Source of the DNA: Clostridiales bacterium UBA4821
GTDB lineage: Bacteria > Bacillota > Clostridia > Acetivibrionales > UBA4821
Length of the DNA stretch: 57,604 bases
Assembly: GCA_002402315.1 (NCBI GenBank)
Contig: DHFP01000270.1
Location: forward strand, 1-57,604
Direction of reading: 5' to 3'
The notes below the pieces were generated by a model. The model was not told the origin of the DNA. It saw nothing but the letters and a program-made list of their open reading frames with translations, and ran no database searches. Each line of letters starts with the position of its first letter. Position 1 is the first letter of the stretch. Made by a program: the position numbers and the translations under genes. Positions 30,036 through 39,364 of the stretch are shown piece after piece.

Positions 30036-31020
30036 TTTCTTCCTCCTCTCTTATAACACCCATTATCTTGATTGACACCCTATTTTTCTTTACACCTGGA
30101 CGGGCTTTAAATTTAAATATATCTCCAACATATACCTTCAGATCCTTATTGATATTTGTGTCTAGCTGTATTACATCTCCTACCTGGAGTTCAACTACAT
30201 CTGCTACTGTCAAAACTGCACCTCCTAGTACTGCCCTTACCGGAATCAATGTTCCTTCAATTTTCTTTTGAAGTGCTTGCTTACTATCCTCTGTAAACGC
30301 TTTTTCTCTCATTGCAAACCAGTACTTGGTGCTGAGTTTGGGTAAAATGGTCTCTACAACAGGATAGGGAATACAGAGGTTTATCATCCCTTCAACCTCA
30401 CCTATTTTTGCACTTAGGGTTATTAAAGCAGTCATCTCGTTGGGTGATATCACCTGTGCAAATTGTGCATTAGTCTCTATTTTTTCAAGTCTTGGTTTTA
30501 TCTGAGTTACATTCTCCCATGGTTCCCTCATGAGGTTAAGCAGTTGGGCAATAATCCTTTCTATAATAGCTAACTCTATTTCTGTATATTCCCTAACCTT
30601 CTGGTTGGATAAACCCTTTCCACCTAATATCCTGTCAATAAGAGAAAACACTATATTGGGGGCTATTTCCATTACTACTGTTCCTTGTAATGGAGTAAAA
30701 TCAACTATTCCTAGTACTGCAGGATTAGAAATGGAGTTATTAAACTCATAGTATGTCAATTCTTCAACTGAAATTACCTCTACCTGTGTTAATGTCCTCA
30801 AATAACCTGAAAGGAAGTTTGTTATCAACCTCGAATAATTTTCATGTATAATTTCAAGAGTCCTCAAGTGGTCTTTAGCAAACTTGTTTGGTTTTCTGAA
30901 GTCATGATTCTTTATTTTCTTTTCTTCGGTAGTGGTCTGCATCTGACGGACATCAATTTCGCCTGTATTTAGCGCCTTAAGCAATTCATCTATTTCATTT
31001 TGAGATAGAATGTCCCCCAT
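30028..31020 (-). CDS. fliM: flagellar switch protein FliM
   Basis: N-terminal CheY-P binding motif LSQNEIDELL; about 330 aa; 8-nt overlap with fliY. Confidence 0.93.
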   Translation of the reverse strand: MGDILSQNEIDELLKALNTGEIDVRQMQTTTEEKKIKNHDFRKPNKFAKDHLRTLEIIHENYSRLITNFLSGYLRTLTQVEVISVEELTYYEFNNSISNPAVLGIVDFTPLQGTVVMEIAPNIVFSLIDRILGGKGLSNQKVREYTEIELAIIERIIAQLLNLMREPWENVTQIKPRLEKIETNAQFAQVISPNEMTALITLSAKIGEVEGMINLCIPYPVVETILPKLSTKYWFAMREKAFTEDSKQALQKKIEGTLIPVRAVLGGAVLTVADVVELQVGDVIQLDTNINKDLKVYVGDIFKFKARPGVKKNRVSIKIMGVIREEEENG

Positions 31021-31097
31021 TAAACCACTCCCTTCATAAATGGAATAAAATAATCTAAAATAGTTCGCTGATTAGAACTAATGAATTAACCATGCTG

Positions 31098-31601
31098 CTA
31101 GTTCAACTCAGTTATATAGGTATCAGGGAAGAATACTTCTAATACCTTAGCCGCCTCTTTAGGCTCTTTATACATTTCTTTTAATTTGTGCAGGAGTTCT
31201 TCCTTGACCTTATCAATCTTTTCACCTTCAAGTTCTTCAGCAGTCTTATTATTAAAGGTTGATCTTATTATATCTTTTACTTCGGCTTCTCTCTTTTTAA
31301 ACTCTTCCTCAAACTTAGAATCTGCTAGCGTAATGCTGACCGATATTTTAATAATTGCTTTTTTATTATCTTTATTTGGCTTTATATTGATTACCATCTC
31401 GGATACAGGAAAACCCACTGCCTTTTTGTGGTCAATCTCTACTTTTTTCTCTGCCTTTGTATCTTCCTTGTTTCCTATACCCAAGTTATTAATATTTCCT
31501 CCTGTTATTAGCAGCAATACCACTATTAATGCAACTGCCACAGATAAAAAAGCTATTATTATAATGAGGAATAAATTAAGTTTGCTTTCTTTACCTTCCA
31601 T
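31098..31601 (-). CDS. fliL: flagellar basal-body-associated protein FliL
   Basis: Single TM helix, then a FliL-like periplasmic domain. Start at the ATG at 31601 behind GGGAGGCGG; the ORF track starts at 31649. Confidence 0.8.
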   Translation of the reverse strand: MEGKESKLNLFLIIIIAFLSVAVALIVVLLLITGGNINNLGIGNKEDTKAEKKVEIDHKKAVGFPVSEMVINIKPNKDNKKAIIKISVSITLADSKFEEEFKKREAEVKDIIRSTFNNKTAEELEGEKIDKVKEELLHKLKEMYKEPKEAAKVLEVFFPDTYITELN

Positions 31602-31838
31602 AAAACTGCCGCCTCCCGTTTTAAAGGCCAGAGACCAGTATAATAGCATAGTTTAAGCTTATGTAACCAATACGTTAGTTGTATTTTGGGGTTTAATTTG
31701 TGTGAACCATAAGAACACTTTTATATATTCATCTATATAAAGACTAGCTTTTATTAACTTTCTTTCTAGTAGATGTGTATTTTCAAAATACAAAAGAATA
31801 ATAGTACTTCATTATTATCCTATTTTTCGTCACAGGTT

Positions 31839-32057
31839 TCAAGTGGAACTTTCTTTCATTTGATATTTTATTGTTGAATAAATGCTTCTTTTATATTCTA
31901 CCACTTTATTTATAACTTCATCAATAGTATCAGTAACAATAACCTTATTACCGGTGGTCATCTTAATTACTGTATCCGGCGTGCTTTCAATAAATTCTAT
32001 CAAATCACAATTAATGACAAATTCTTTCCCATTTAATCTTTTTAATCTAATCATAAT
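31839..32057 (-). CDS. flbD: flagellar protein FlbD
   Basis: MIRLKRLNGKEFVINCDLIEFIESTPDTVI is typical of FlbD. Start at the ATG at 32057 behind GAGGGA. Confidence 0.85.
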   Translation of the reverse strand: MMIRLKRLNGKEFVINCDLIEFIESTPDTVIKMTTGNKVIVTDTIDEVINKVVEYKRSIYSTIKYQMKESST

Positions 32058-32081
32058 ATTTTTCCCTCGAAAATACAATAG

Positions 32082-32133
32082 GGGGCTGAAATCTAATTTT
32101 TAAATCTAATTTTTAAATTTAATTTCAGCTCCC
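32082..32133 (-). other. inter-cistronic hairpin between flgE and flbD whose loop is a perfect 13-nt tandem duplication
   Basis: ggggctgaaat / atttcagctccc stem with one A bulge. The loop carries ctaatttttaaat twice (32093-32105 and 32106-32118). Confidence 0.6.
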
Positions 32134-32191
32134 GCTTGTAATATTAAGATTTGGCCGTATTTCTTACGAAATTCTAGTAAATATTACCTCT

Positions 32192-33520
32192 CTAACGTTT
32201 GATATTAACCAGCTCATTCAACATTTCATCTGTCGTGGTAATAATTCTGCTGTTTGCCTGGAACCCTCTCTGAGTTGTTATCATTTCGGTAAATTCTTTA
32301 GAAAGGTCAACATTCGACATTTCAAGGGTGCCGGGATTCAATGTTCCAAGTCCTTCTCCCCCCGGCCTGGTTGGCTTTTTGAAATCTCCAGAGTTGGATG
32401 TAGCTATGTACATGTTTTCTCCTACTTTTTGAAGACCTGCAGAATTTTCAAAGCTTGCCAGTGCCACAAGACCTAAAGGCTGCTGCTGTCCATTGCTGTA
32501 TATACCTGTTATTACACCATCTGTTCCGATATTAAATGTTACAAGTGTTCCGCTGTTATAGCCGTTAGCACTGTAAACCTTGGCTGAGCTGTCGGTTGCA
32601 TACTGGGTAATTTTGCTTAAGTCCAGGTCAAAGTTTATATCGGTAAGTGCGGAATCTATGGTACTAAGATCCAGGGTTATATCTCTTACAAGTCCGGCGC
32701 CAGCCGCCCCTCCTGTTGCATCAATTGCCTTACCTTCATTACCAGGCGTATCATCAAATGTTATTGTTCCGGGAACATCAGTAAATCTGTTGATTCCATC
32801 AGCTTCTGTTATGGTATAGTTCCAAACATGGTCTACCCCTGATTGTTGGAACTGAACCTCAATTTTGTATTCGTTTCCGAAGGCGTCAAACACTGTCAAA
32901 GGTAGTATTACAGGTGGATCGGCTACAGCGTCATTCAGATTAAGGTTACCGGAAAGAGCAACCTGATCTGTAGAGTGGGGAGCAATAATCTTTTTGTTCC
33001 CATTATACGAATCGGCGTAAATGTTTATCGGCTCGACATTTCTTTCAGTATCAAATATTCTGGCTCCAGGATTATTCGGGTCGGCCTCGTGATACTGCCA
33101 GCCATATACGCTCATACCGTTGGATGCAACAAGGTTACCCATCTTATCCACGGTAAAGTTTCCTGCTCTTGTAAACCTATATGCATCGGCGCTGCCGCCT
33201 CTTACAATAAACATTCCCTCTCCTTCAATTGACAGGTCGGTCGGATTATCGGTTCTTTGCACACTTCCCCGGGTAAACTGCATGTCGACAGAAGCTACTC
33301 CCATACCCAATCCAATCTGCATCGGGTTGGTACCTCCTCTGCCGGTAGATGTATCGGGCGCTCCAGAACCTCTCAATGTCTGGCTGAATACTTCCTGGAA
33401 TGTTACCCTGGATGCTTTGTAACCAACGGTATTAACATTGGCAATATTGTTACCTATAACATCCAGCCTTGCCTGGTGGGCCCTAAGTCCCGACACACCA
33501 GAAAACATGGATCTCATCAT
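32192..33520 (-). CDS. flgE: flagellar hook protein FlgE
   Basis: MRSMFSGVSGLRAHQARLDVIGNNIANVNTVGYK N-terminus; C-terminal EMSNVDLSKEFTEMITTQRGFQANSR. Confidence 0.95.
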   Translation of the reverse strand: MMRSMFSGVSGLRAHQARLDVIGNNIANVNTVGYKASRVTFQEVFSQTLRGSGAPDTSTGRGGTNPMQIGLGMGVASVDMQFTRGSVQRTDNPTDLSIEGEGMFIVRGGSADAYRFTRAGNFTVDKMGNLVASNGMSVYGWQYHEADPNNPGARIFDTERNVEPINIYADSYNGNKKIIAPHSTDQVALSGNLNLNDAVADPPVILPLTVFDAFGNEYKIEVQFQQSGVDHVWNYTITEADGINRFTDVPGTITFDDTPGNEGKAIDATGGAAGAGLVRDITLDLSTIDSALTDINFDLDLSKITQYATDSSAKVYSANGYNSGTLVTFNIGTDGVITGIYSNGQQQPLGLVALASFENSAGLQKVGENMYIATSNSGDFKKPTRPGGEGLGTLNPGTLEMSNVDLSKEFTEMITTQRGFQANSRIITTTDEMLNELVNIKR

Positions 33521-33595
33521 AATAAATACCCCCTTCTGGGTACAGTCACCTCATCAGTCGTTCCGAGGTGTTATAGCTTCCTCTTTGAGGGCCGG

Positions 33596-33985
33596 CTAAA
33601 CAATAACTGCACCATCAATATTTGTAAAAATGTTTTCTTTAAGATCATTTGTACTGGCTGCTGTTACTACTGTCTTATTCTTGACATTTACTACCAACGC
33701 CAGATTATCAACCAGTATCAGCGAATCTTTTACACCCTTTTCTTCTGCCTTGCTTACTCCGTCTTTTATCCTCTCCATCTGATTGGAACTTAATTGGATA
33801 TTTCTTGACTGAAGCCTTAACTCTGCATGTTTAGAAAACTTGACTTCGGTCTTCTCCTGAATCTTTTCCTTCAGAACAGTTCCAAAATTGGATTGGATAT
33901 TTTGAATACCCGGCTTCTGCGTCGGCTGAGGAGAACTTGTAGGCTTATTATTGGGGCCGGCTATTGGTCTATTGTTAATTATCAT
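33596..33985 (-). CDS. small flagellar operon protein, the type found between flgD and flgE in Clostridia and spirochetes
   Basis: Position, plus the FSKHAELRLQSRNIQL motif that I recall from the TIGR02530-type family. Start at the ATG at 33985 behind GGTGGG. Confidence 0.6.
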   Translation of the reverse strand: MIINNRPIAGPNNKPTSSPQPTQKPGIQNIQSNFGTVLKEKIQEKTEVKFSKHAELRLQSRNIQLSSNQMERIKDGVSKAEEKGVKDSLILVDNLALVVNVKNKTVVTAASTNDLKENIFTNIDGAVIV

Positions 33986-34002
33986 GCTTATACCCACCTA
34001 TA

Positions 34003-34803
34003 CTAATCCTGTGCTATTCCTCTTATATTGTCAATCGGAACTTCTACTCCACCCATCTTTACGTCAAATTTATCACCGTTTTCAGTCATTTCTTTTAGAA
34101 TACCTTTTACATGGATCTTGCCTCCAGCGCTATCTGTTGCTATAACAATGACTTCTTTTCCGATGTTTCGAGTCATGTAGTCCTTTTTATACTCTACAAT
34201 CCCGTCCGGCAAGAGTACATCTACCTCATTCAACTGTATCTCGTCCATGACTGCATAATCTATGCCGCCGGATTTCTTTACGCTGCTCACTCGTCCTATT
34301 ATGTCTATAATTCCTCCCTCTTCCTCTGCTATCTTACCGTCCACCTTCTTGCCTATCAGAGGCATCAGGTCGGTTAACTTGGTTACATTCTGGTTGGAGA
34401 TATCGGTAATCTCGTCAATTGGAATATCCTTCTCTCCTACACTTACATAAACCTTTCCTTTCTCAATCTTTACCTTTTCTACTATCCCGTAGACATCAGT
34501 CTGTTCTCCTGTCTGAGAATCCTGAAATGTAGCAGCTATGTTCTTACCCATCAATGAAAATGCTTTCATAGCCGAAAAGTTTGAATTAAGATTCTGCATC
34601 TGCTCCAGGGAACTAAACTGAGCCATCTGTGATATAAACTCCTTATCTTCCATGGGCTTCATTGGGTCCTGGTACTTTAACTGTGTTACTAGAAGTTTCA
34701 GAAACTGGTCTTTACCCATTTCGCCAACATTTCTGGCCGTATCATTGCTTCCGGTTGAAGTTTGACTAACCGTACTTGAGTCTGTAACAGAACTTATGCT
34801 CAT
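34003..34803 (-). CDS. flgD: flagellar hook assembly/capping protein FlgD
   Basis: LGKDQFLKLLVTQLKYQDPMKPMEDKEFISQMAQFSSLEQ. Confidence 0.92.
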   Translation of the reverse strand: MSISSVTDSSTVSQTSTGSNDTARNVGEMGKDQFLKLLVTQLKYQDPMKPMEDKEFISQMAQFSSLEQMQNLNSNFSAMKAFSLMGKNIAATFQDSQTGEQTDVYGIVEKVKIEKGKVYVSVGEKDIPIDEITDISNQNVTKLTDLMPLIGKKVDGKIAEEEGGIIDIIGRVSSVKKSGGIDYAVMDEIQLNEVDVLLPDGIVEYKKDYMTRNIGKEVIVIATDSAGGKIHVKGILKEMTENGDKFDVKMGGVEVPIDNIRGIAQD

Positions 34804-34815
34804 TTTGCACCTCCA

Positions 34816-36432
34816 CTATGCAGTATAGTTAACTGTACTGTCAGGCCACATGTAAGCTTGCTTTGACTGTTCTCCACCCTGATAGCCGAAATTGCTTACT
34901 GCTATACCTGTAATACCTTGATTTTTGTTATAACTCTTTGTGAAATTTCTTTGGGCTTCCTGACCGAAATTCTTATTCCATGAATCCTGTCCTACAGATA
35001 CACTGAACTGCTGCACTGTAATGCCTTGTTTTTCTAACGCATCTCTCAATACATTAAAGTTTGATTCGATAATTTGTTTCACCTGTTGATTCTCAGCCAT
35101 AATCTGTGCTGTCATAATACCTCTCTCTGTTACTACCTTAAGTGAGAGTTTCCCCAAGTGGTCCGGTTTAAGGTCAACAATCATTTCAGCTTTATCTTTA
35201 GATAACACTACCGAAGCTTTGTCAACAATCTGCTTTAATATCTCATCCCTATTGGTATGTACAACATTGTTAGCTTTAGTTTCCATCCTGATTTCCTTAA
35301 CTTCATTAGCGTTCTGTAAAGCTTGCGGTACATTTTCCTGTGTTGTTTTAAAATTTGAATCCATTTTGTCAGCTTTAATATTAATAACCTTAACCTTGTC
35401 TGTCCAGCTTTCGCTCTGCTGCTCTTCTGCTCCCCATTCCTGACCGTTTTGTTCTTGCTCTCCTTTTGCTTCTTTATTTTCTTTGATTCCCTCCCGAACT
35501 GCTTTTTCTTGGCTTAATGTTTTACTTATCTCGGTAGTATGAGGCTTTTTTGTACTTTCATCTTGCACTTTATTGCCAAATCTGCGGTTGGATTGTTCAA
35601 CATCCCTGATTATTTCATTCTTCTGTTTACTTTCTTCTGCCTGCTTGTTATCGGTTCCTCCTACTCTGTTATTTTGTTCCTTCAATGAATTTTCAATTTT
35701 CTGATTGCTGCTTCCGCTTTGCTCAGGTTGGCTGCCTTCTGGTATATTTTGTACTTCATCGCTTACCTGGTTTTCTATCTGCTTAATGTGTCCAACCTTT
35801 ATTGTTGCCTTTGCTCCTATCTCCTCAAGTATATCTTTAATTTGTCCGAGGAGTTGATCCTTGTTTTCTATACCTTGCCCAACCAGTCCTGATATTTTAT
35901 TTATAAGTTCATCCAGCTTGAAGTTTACTGAACCATTAGGTGAGGCACCGTGAAGTTTCAGAAGATAATCCAAATCTTCAACAGTTATTCCTAACTTCTC
36001 CAGAACATCTTTCAGCTTTTCTTTAAGCTCCTTATCCTGTTCTTGCCTTTCCCCTTGATTAGTTGAGGTTCCTTCAGTCTCTTTTGTACCTTTTTCCTTT
36101 CTTTCACTCTTTACTTCCTTATTCCTTACTGCATCTTCCTTTCTTATATCTGCATCATCATCTCTTTTTATATCTTCGTTTTTACTATTCTCGGTTACAT
36201 TTTTTCTGATATCCTTGTTTCTCTCACTTCCTTCCAGAACCTCTCTCCTTGTATGATTAGTTCTCTCTGCGTGTTCGTTACGTCTTTCAGACTTTGAACT
36301 TATCTCCGGTCTGTCTCTTTCTGCCTTAAACAAGTTCTCAAATGATTTCTGCTGACCTTTATTTTGTACCTTAAATCCCGTATTTTCTACTGACGCTGAT
36401 GTTAAAGAACTTATTAGTAAACCATAATTCAT
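34816..36432 (-). CDS. fliK: flagellar hook-length control protein FliK
   Basis: Long charged low-complexity region, then a C-terminal Flg_hook domain (VDLKPDHLGKLSLKVVTERGIMTAQIMAENQQVK). Confidence 0.85.
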   Translation of the reverse strand: MNYGLLISSLTSASVENTGFKVQNKGQQKSFENLFKAERDRPEISSKSERRNEHAERTNHTRREVLEGSERNKDIRKNVTENSKNEDIKRDDDADIRKEDAVRNKEVKSERKEKGTKETEGTSTNQGERQEQDKELKEKLKDVLEKLGITVEDLDYLLKLHGASPNGSVNFKLDELINKISGLVGQGIENKDQLLGQIKDILEEIGAKATIKVGHIKQIENQVSDEVQNIPEGSQPEQSGSSNQKIENSLKEQNNRVGGTDNKQAEESKQKNEIIRDVEQSNRRFGNKVQDESTKKPHTTEISKTLSQEKAVREGIKENKEAKGEQEQNGQEWGAEEQQSESWTDKVKVINIKADKMDSNFKTTQENVPQALQNANEVKEIRMETKANNVVHTNRDEILKQIVDKASVVLSKDKAEMIVDLKPDHLGKLSLKVVTERGIMTAQIMAENQQVKQIIESNFNVLRDALEKQGITVQQFSVSVGQDSWNKNFGQEAQRNFTKSYNKNQGITGIAVSNFGYQGGEQSKQAYMWPDSTVNYTA

Positions 36433-36465
36433 TCTTCTTTCACCTCCTTTCAGTTGTACCTTTCA

Positions 36466-37314
36466 TTACTCCTCTGGATATATAGGGTACTCCACCGCCA
36501 TTCTGTCTGCCAGGTTTGCAGCAAATACCGGATCCATATTCCCCATTATTTCTGCTGCGGCTTGCCTCTTCAACAGTTTCATAATATTGGCTACCAGATC
36601 TATATTTCCAAAACCCATATTTTCTAAAACTTTTGCAGCATTAGCAGATTCCATGTTTTCAAATGTCTTAACGAAATTAGTAACCTCTTCGTCAACTTGC
36701 TTTTCTCTCATTATTTTCTCATATATCTGCGCTGCTATATCTTTGTCCATATTTTCAAAGTACTCTGTGAATCCCTTTTCATCCTGCTGTTTTATTTGTT
36801 GTGCAAATTTCAGTTTCTCCTGCTCAAGCTTTTTTCTTTCCTCTTTGATCTTTTTCTTCTCTTGTTCATTACTTGCTTTTTGCTGAGATGTCTCATTTCC
36901 CATTTTCTGCTCATTGTCCTTATATTTCTGCAGTTCACCTATTGTCTTTTGTTGTTCTTCTACCTTCTTGCCAAGCTCTTTGACCTTTGCTCTGAACTCT
37001 TCATACTTCTCAGCAAGTTGGTCTTCAGACATATATTCTGCTGATTCAGGATCCGGATTGGGTGGTAATACCATTCTCACAACAGGTATATTCTTCAAAC
37101 TTCCCCGAAACCTCTCGCCCAACCCGAATTTATTGGCTTTTATGAAATAAGCCCATAAACCGAAAATTATTGATACTACCAGTAGGATGGGAAATAGAAA
37201 AGAAAACAGTCCTGATCCTTTTTTCTTTTTTTGTGGTACCTTATTATTACTATTGGTTGGCTGCTCTCTATCATCTATAGGTCTATTGACTCTCGATGTC
37301 TGTCTATCTGCCAT
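36466..37314 (-). CDS. MotE/FlbB-like protein (YlxF position): TM helix, coiled coil, MgtE_N-like C-terminus
   Basis: N-terminal TM, E/K coiled coil, C-terminal AAKVLENM..AAEIMGNMDP..AANL repeats. Located between fliJ and fliK, as B. subtilis ylxF is. Confidence 0.7.
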   Translation of the reverse strand: MADRQTSRVNRPIDDREQPTNSNNKVPQKKKKGSGLFSFLFPILLVVSIIFGLWAYFIKANKFGLGERFRGSLKNIPVVRMVLPPNPDPESAEYMSEDQLAEKYEEFRAKVKELGKKVEEQQKTIGELQKYKDNEQKMGNETSQQKASNEQEKKKIKEERKKLEQEKLKFAQQIKQQDEKGFTEYFENMDKDIAAQIYEKIMREKQVDEEVTNFVKTFENMESANAAKVLENMGFGNIDLVANIMKLLKRQAAAEIMGNMDPVFAANLADRMAVEYPIYPEE

Positions 37315-37320
37315 ATGTTA

Positions 37321-37776
37321 TCACCTATTTATCTTCTTGTTAGTACTTTCCTTATAACTAATAACTTCATCTATCAATTTTTGTTCCTTCTTATGCTCTT
37401 CTTTAAGGTATTCTGAGTATTGTTTTTCCTTAAGTGTTTCCAGCATCTTTCGTTCCTTAACAGCTTCAATCAACTCTTCTCTATATTTATCGACAATTTG
37501 TCCTGCAGATTTAACCCTTTCCGATTGATTTATAATTTTTTGTTTAATAAAAGAAATGTATGCATTGTAGTTCCGCAGTTTATCAATGGTTACGCCCCCC
37601 GAAACCTTGGTACTGACTTCTGACATACATTTCTTTTTTTGATTCTTTAGTTCCTCAAGAATTATTTTCTCAGCCTCAAGAACCTGAATAGCTTCTCCAA
37701 GCTTAGTTTTAATACTATCCTCCATTTGCTTTTTTATATTAAGCATAGGCTGCAGCTTAAAAACAAACTTGGCCAC
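37321..37776 (-). CDS. fliJ: flagellar export chaperone FliJ
   Basis: About 150-aa all-helical protein (FKLQPMLNIKKQMED..). GTG start behind GGAGGAGAG. Confidence 0.8.
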   Translation of the reverse strand: MAKFVFKLQPMLNIKKQMEDSIKTKLGEAIQVLEAEKIILEELKNQKKKCMSEVSTKVSGGVTIDKLRNYNAYISFIKQKIINQSERVKSAGQIVDKYREELIEAVKERKMLETLKEKQYSEYLKEEHKKEQKLIDEVISYKESTNKKINR

Positions 37777-37808
37777 TAATACTCTCCTCCGATAGATTTA
37801 TTACCGTT

Positions 37809-38008
37809 ATTAATACTACTTTTCAGATTAGTTAATCTGTAGAAGGAAAATAATTTCTGGAGGATAGTTTCATTTGACCCGTAAGGAATACATCTGAGGA
37901 AAATGCCGATAGACTACCCTAGAGACGTTTCCTCATAAGGCACTTTTCCGATGCTATTTGAAACTATCCGGAAGACATTATTTTCCTGAGTAACATAGTA
38001 GTATTAAT
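37809..38008 (-). repeat. 200-nt imperfect rod-like inverted repeat (MITE-like element or structured intercistronic RNA) between fliI and fliJ
   Basis: Perfect paired segments: 37809-20/37997-38008 (12 bp), 37844-54/37977-87 (11 bp), 37862-72/37959-69 (11 bp), plus inner 4+6+4 bp pairs around 37891-37953. No ORF longer than 11 codons found by eye on either strand. Confidence 0.75.
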
Positions 38009-38029
38009 TCATGTTCAAAAAGAGCTGGA

Positions 38030-39364
38030 TTAGGTTAAAATAGAACCCATTAGTTCCAAAACCTCTGCATACGTAACCGGCTCGTGTACTTCCTGTTGCA
38101 GGAATTCATTTATTCTATCAATTACGTCAATAGCATAATCTATTTTAGGATTGCTCCCCTTAACATATGCACCTATATTTATTAAGTCTTCGGATTCTTT
38201 ATATATAGCCATGACCTTCTTAATCTGATTTGCCAGAGTCTTGTGCTCCTGTGTGATAATATCAGGCATTACCCTGCTTATACTGCTCAATATATCAATT
38301 GCAGGAAAGTGGTTTTTATTTGCCAGACTTCGTGAAAGTACGATATGCCCGTCCAGAATTCCCCTTGCTGCATCAGTCACCGGTTCGGTAAGGTCATCTC
38401 CATCCACAAGTACCGTGTAAAGCCCTGTAATGGAACCCCGTTCCGAATTCCCTGCTCTTTCAAGAAGCTTGGGTAACAATGCAAAGACTGATGGGGTATA
38501 ACCCCGTGAAACGGGGGGCTCGCCTACCGCCAGACCCACTTCCCTTTGGGCCATGGCAAATCTGGTAAGTGAATCCATAAGAAGCAATACATCTTTGCCC
38601 TGGTTCCTGAAATATTCAGCAATCGCCGTAGCAACAAAAGCCCCTTTCAGCCGAATCAAGGCAGGTTGGTCTGAAGTAGCTACAATTACTATAGATCTTT
38701 TTAATCCTTCTTCCTTAAGATCCTTCTCAAGAAACTCCCTTACCTCTCTTCCACGTTCTCCGATTAATGCTATAATATTTATATCAGCCTTTGTATTACG
38801 GGCAATCATTCCCATAAGAGTACTCTTTCCTACACCGCTGCCGGCAAATATTCCAATTCTCTGACCCTTACCAATGGTCAAAAACCCATCAATAGCCTTT
38901 ACACCTAATTCAAGAGGCTCCATAATCCTTTTTCTTGTAAGTGGATGGGGAGGTTTGTTAAATACCGGGTATTTCTCGTTTGATAAAGACAAAAAAGACT
39001 GGTCTATAGGCTGGCCAAGTCCATTTAATACCTTTCCCTTCAGTTCAGCCCCAACACTAATGGTCAGTGTTTCGTTTAAAGCAGTCACCTTACTGCCGGG
39101 AGCTATCCCGCTCATTTCTCCAAGCGGCATAAGAAGTACCTTATTGTCCTTAAACCCGACAACTTCACATAATAGTTCTGCACTATTATTGGTACTGACT
39201 GAACATAATTCTCCAATGCTGACAGAAGGCCCAACTGCTTCAATTGTAAGGCCTACTACCTGTGATATCTTCCCGTAACGTACAATAAAATCCGAGCTGC
39301 TTAATGCTTCATGATATTTACTTAAGCTAAACGATAACAATTGTCCCCCTCCCTGCAAAATCAC
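38030..39364 (-). CDS. fliI: flagellum-specific ATPase FliI
   Basis: Walker A GSGVGKST, Walker B VLLLMDS. ATGA overlap with fliH. Confidence 0.95.
   Translation of the reverse strand: MILQGGGQLLSFSLSKYHEALSSSDFIVRYGKISQVVGLTIEAVGPSVSIGELCSVSTNNSAELLCEVVGFKDNKVLLMPLGEMSGIAPGSKVTALNETLTISVGAELKGKVLNGLGQPIDQSFLSLSNEKYPVFNKPPHPLTRKRIMEPLELGVKAIDGFLTIGKGQRIGIFAGSGVGKSTLMGMIARNTKADINIIALIGERGREVREFLEKDLKEEGLKRSIVIVATSDQPALIRLKGAFVATAIAEYFRNQGKDVLLLMDSLTRFAMAQREVGLAVGEPPVSRGYTPSVFALLPKLLERAGNSERGSITGLYTVLVDGDDLTEPVTDAARGILDGHIVLSRSLANKNHFPAIDILSSISRVMPDIITQEHKTLANQIKKVMAIYKESEDLINIGAYVKGSNPKIDYAIDVIDRINEFLQQEVHEPVTYAEVLELMGSILT

Noticed and set aside
33547-33570. CUGAUGAG string (minus strand, 33550-57) inside a small hairpin in the flgE leader, a possible hammerhead ribozyme core
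   Set aside because: No correctly ordered GAAA and stem II/III arrangement follows it. It is just the loop and 3' arm of a 6-bp hairpin, cacctc/gaggtg.
35641-35660. CCGATAA-like sigma-28 -10 elements (minus strand inside fliK at about 35649; plus-strand ccgatag at 37790 and 37905)
   Set aside because: No TAAA -35 element lies at the required spacing of about 15 nt. They fall inside a coding region or on the non-transcribed strand of the operon.
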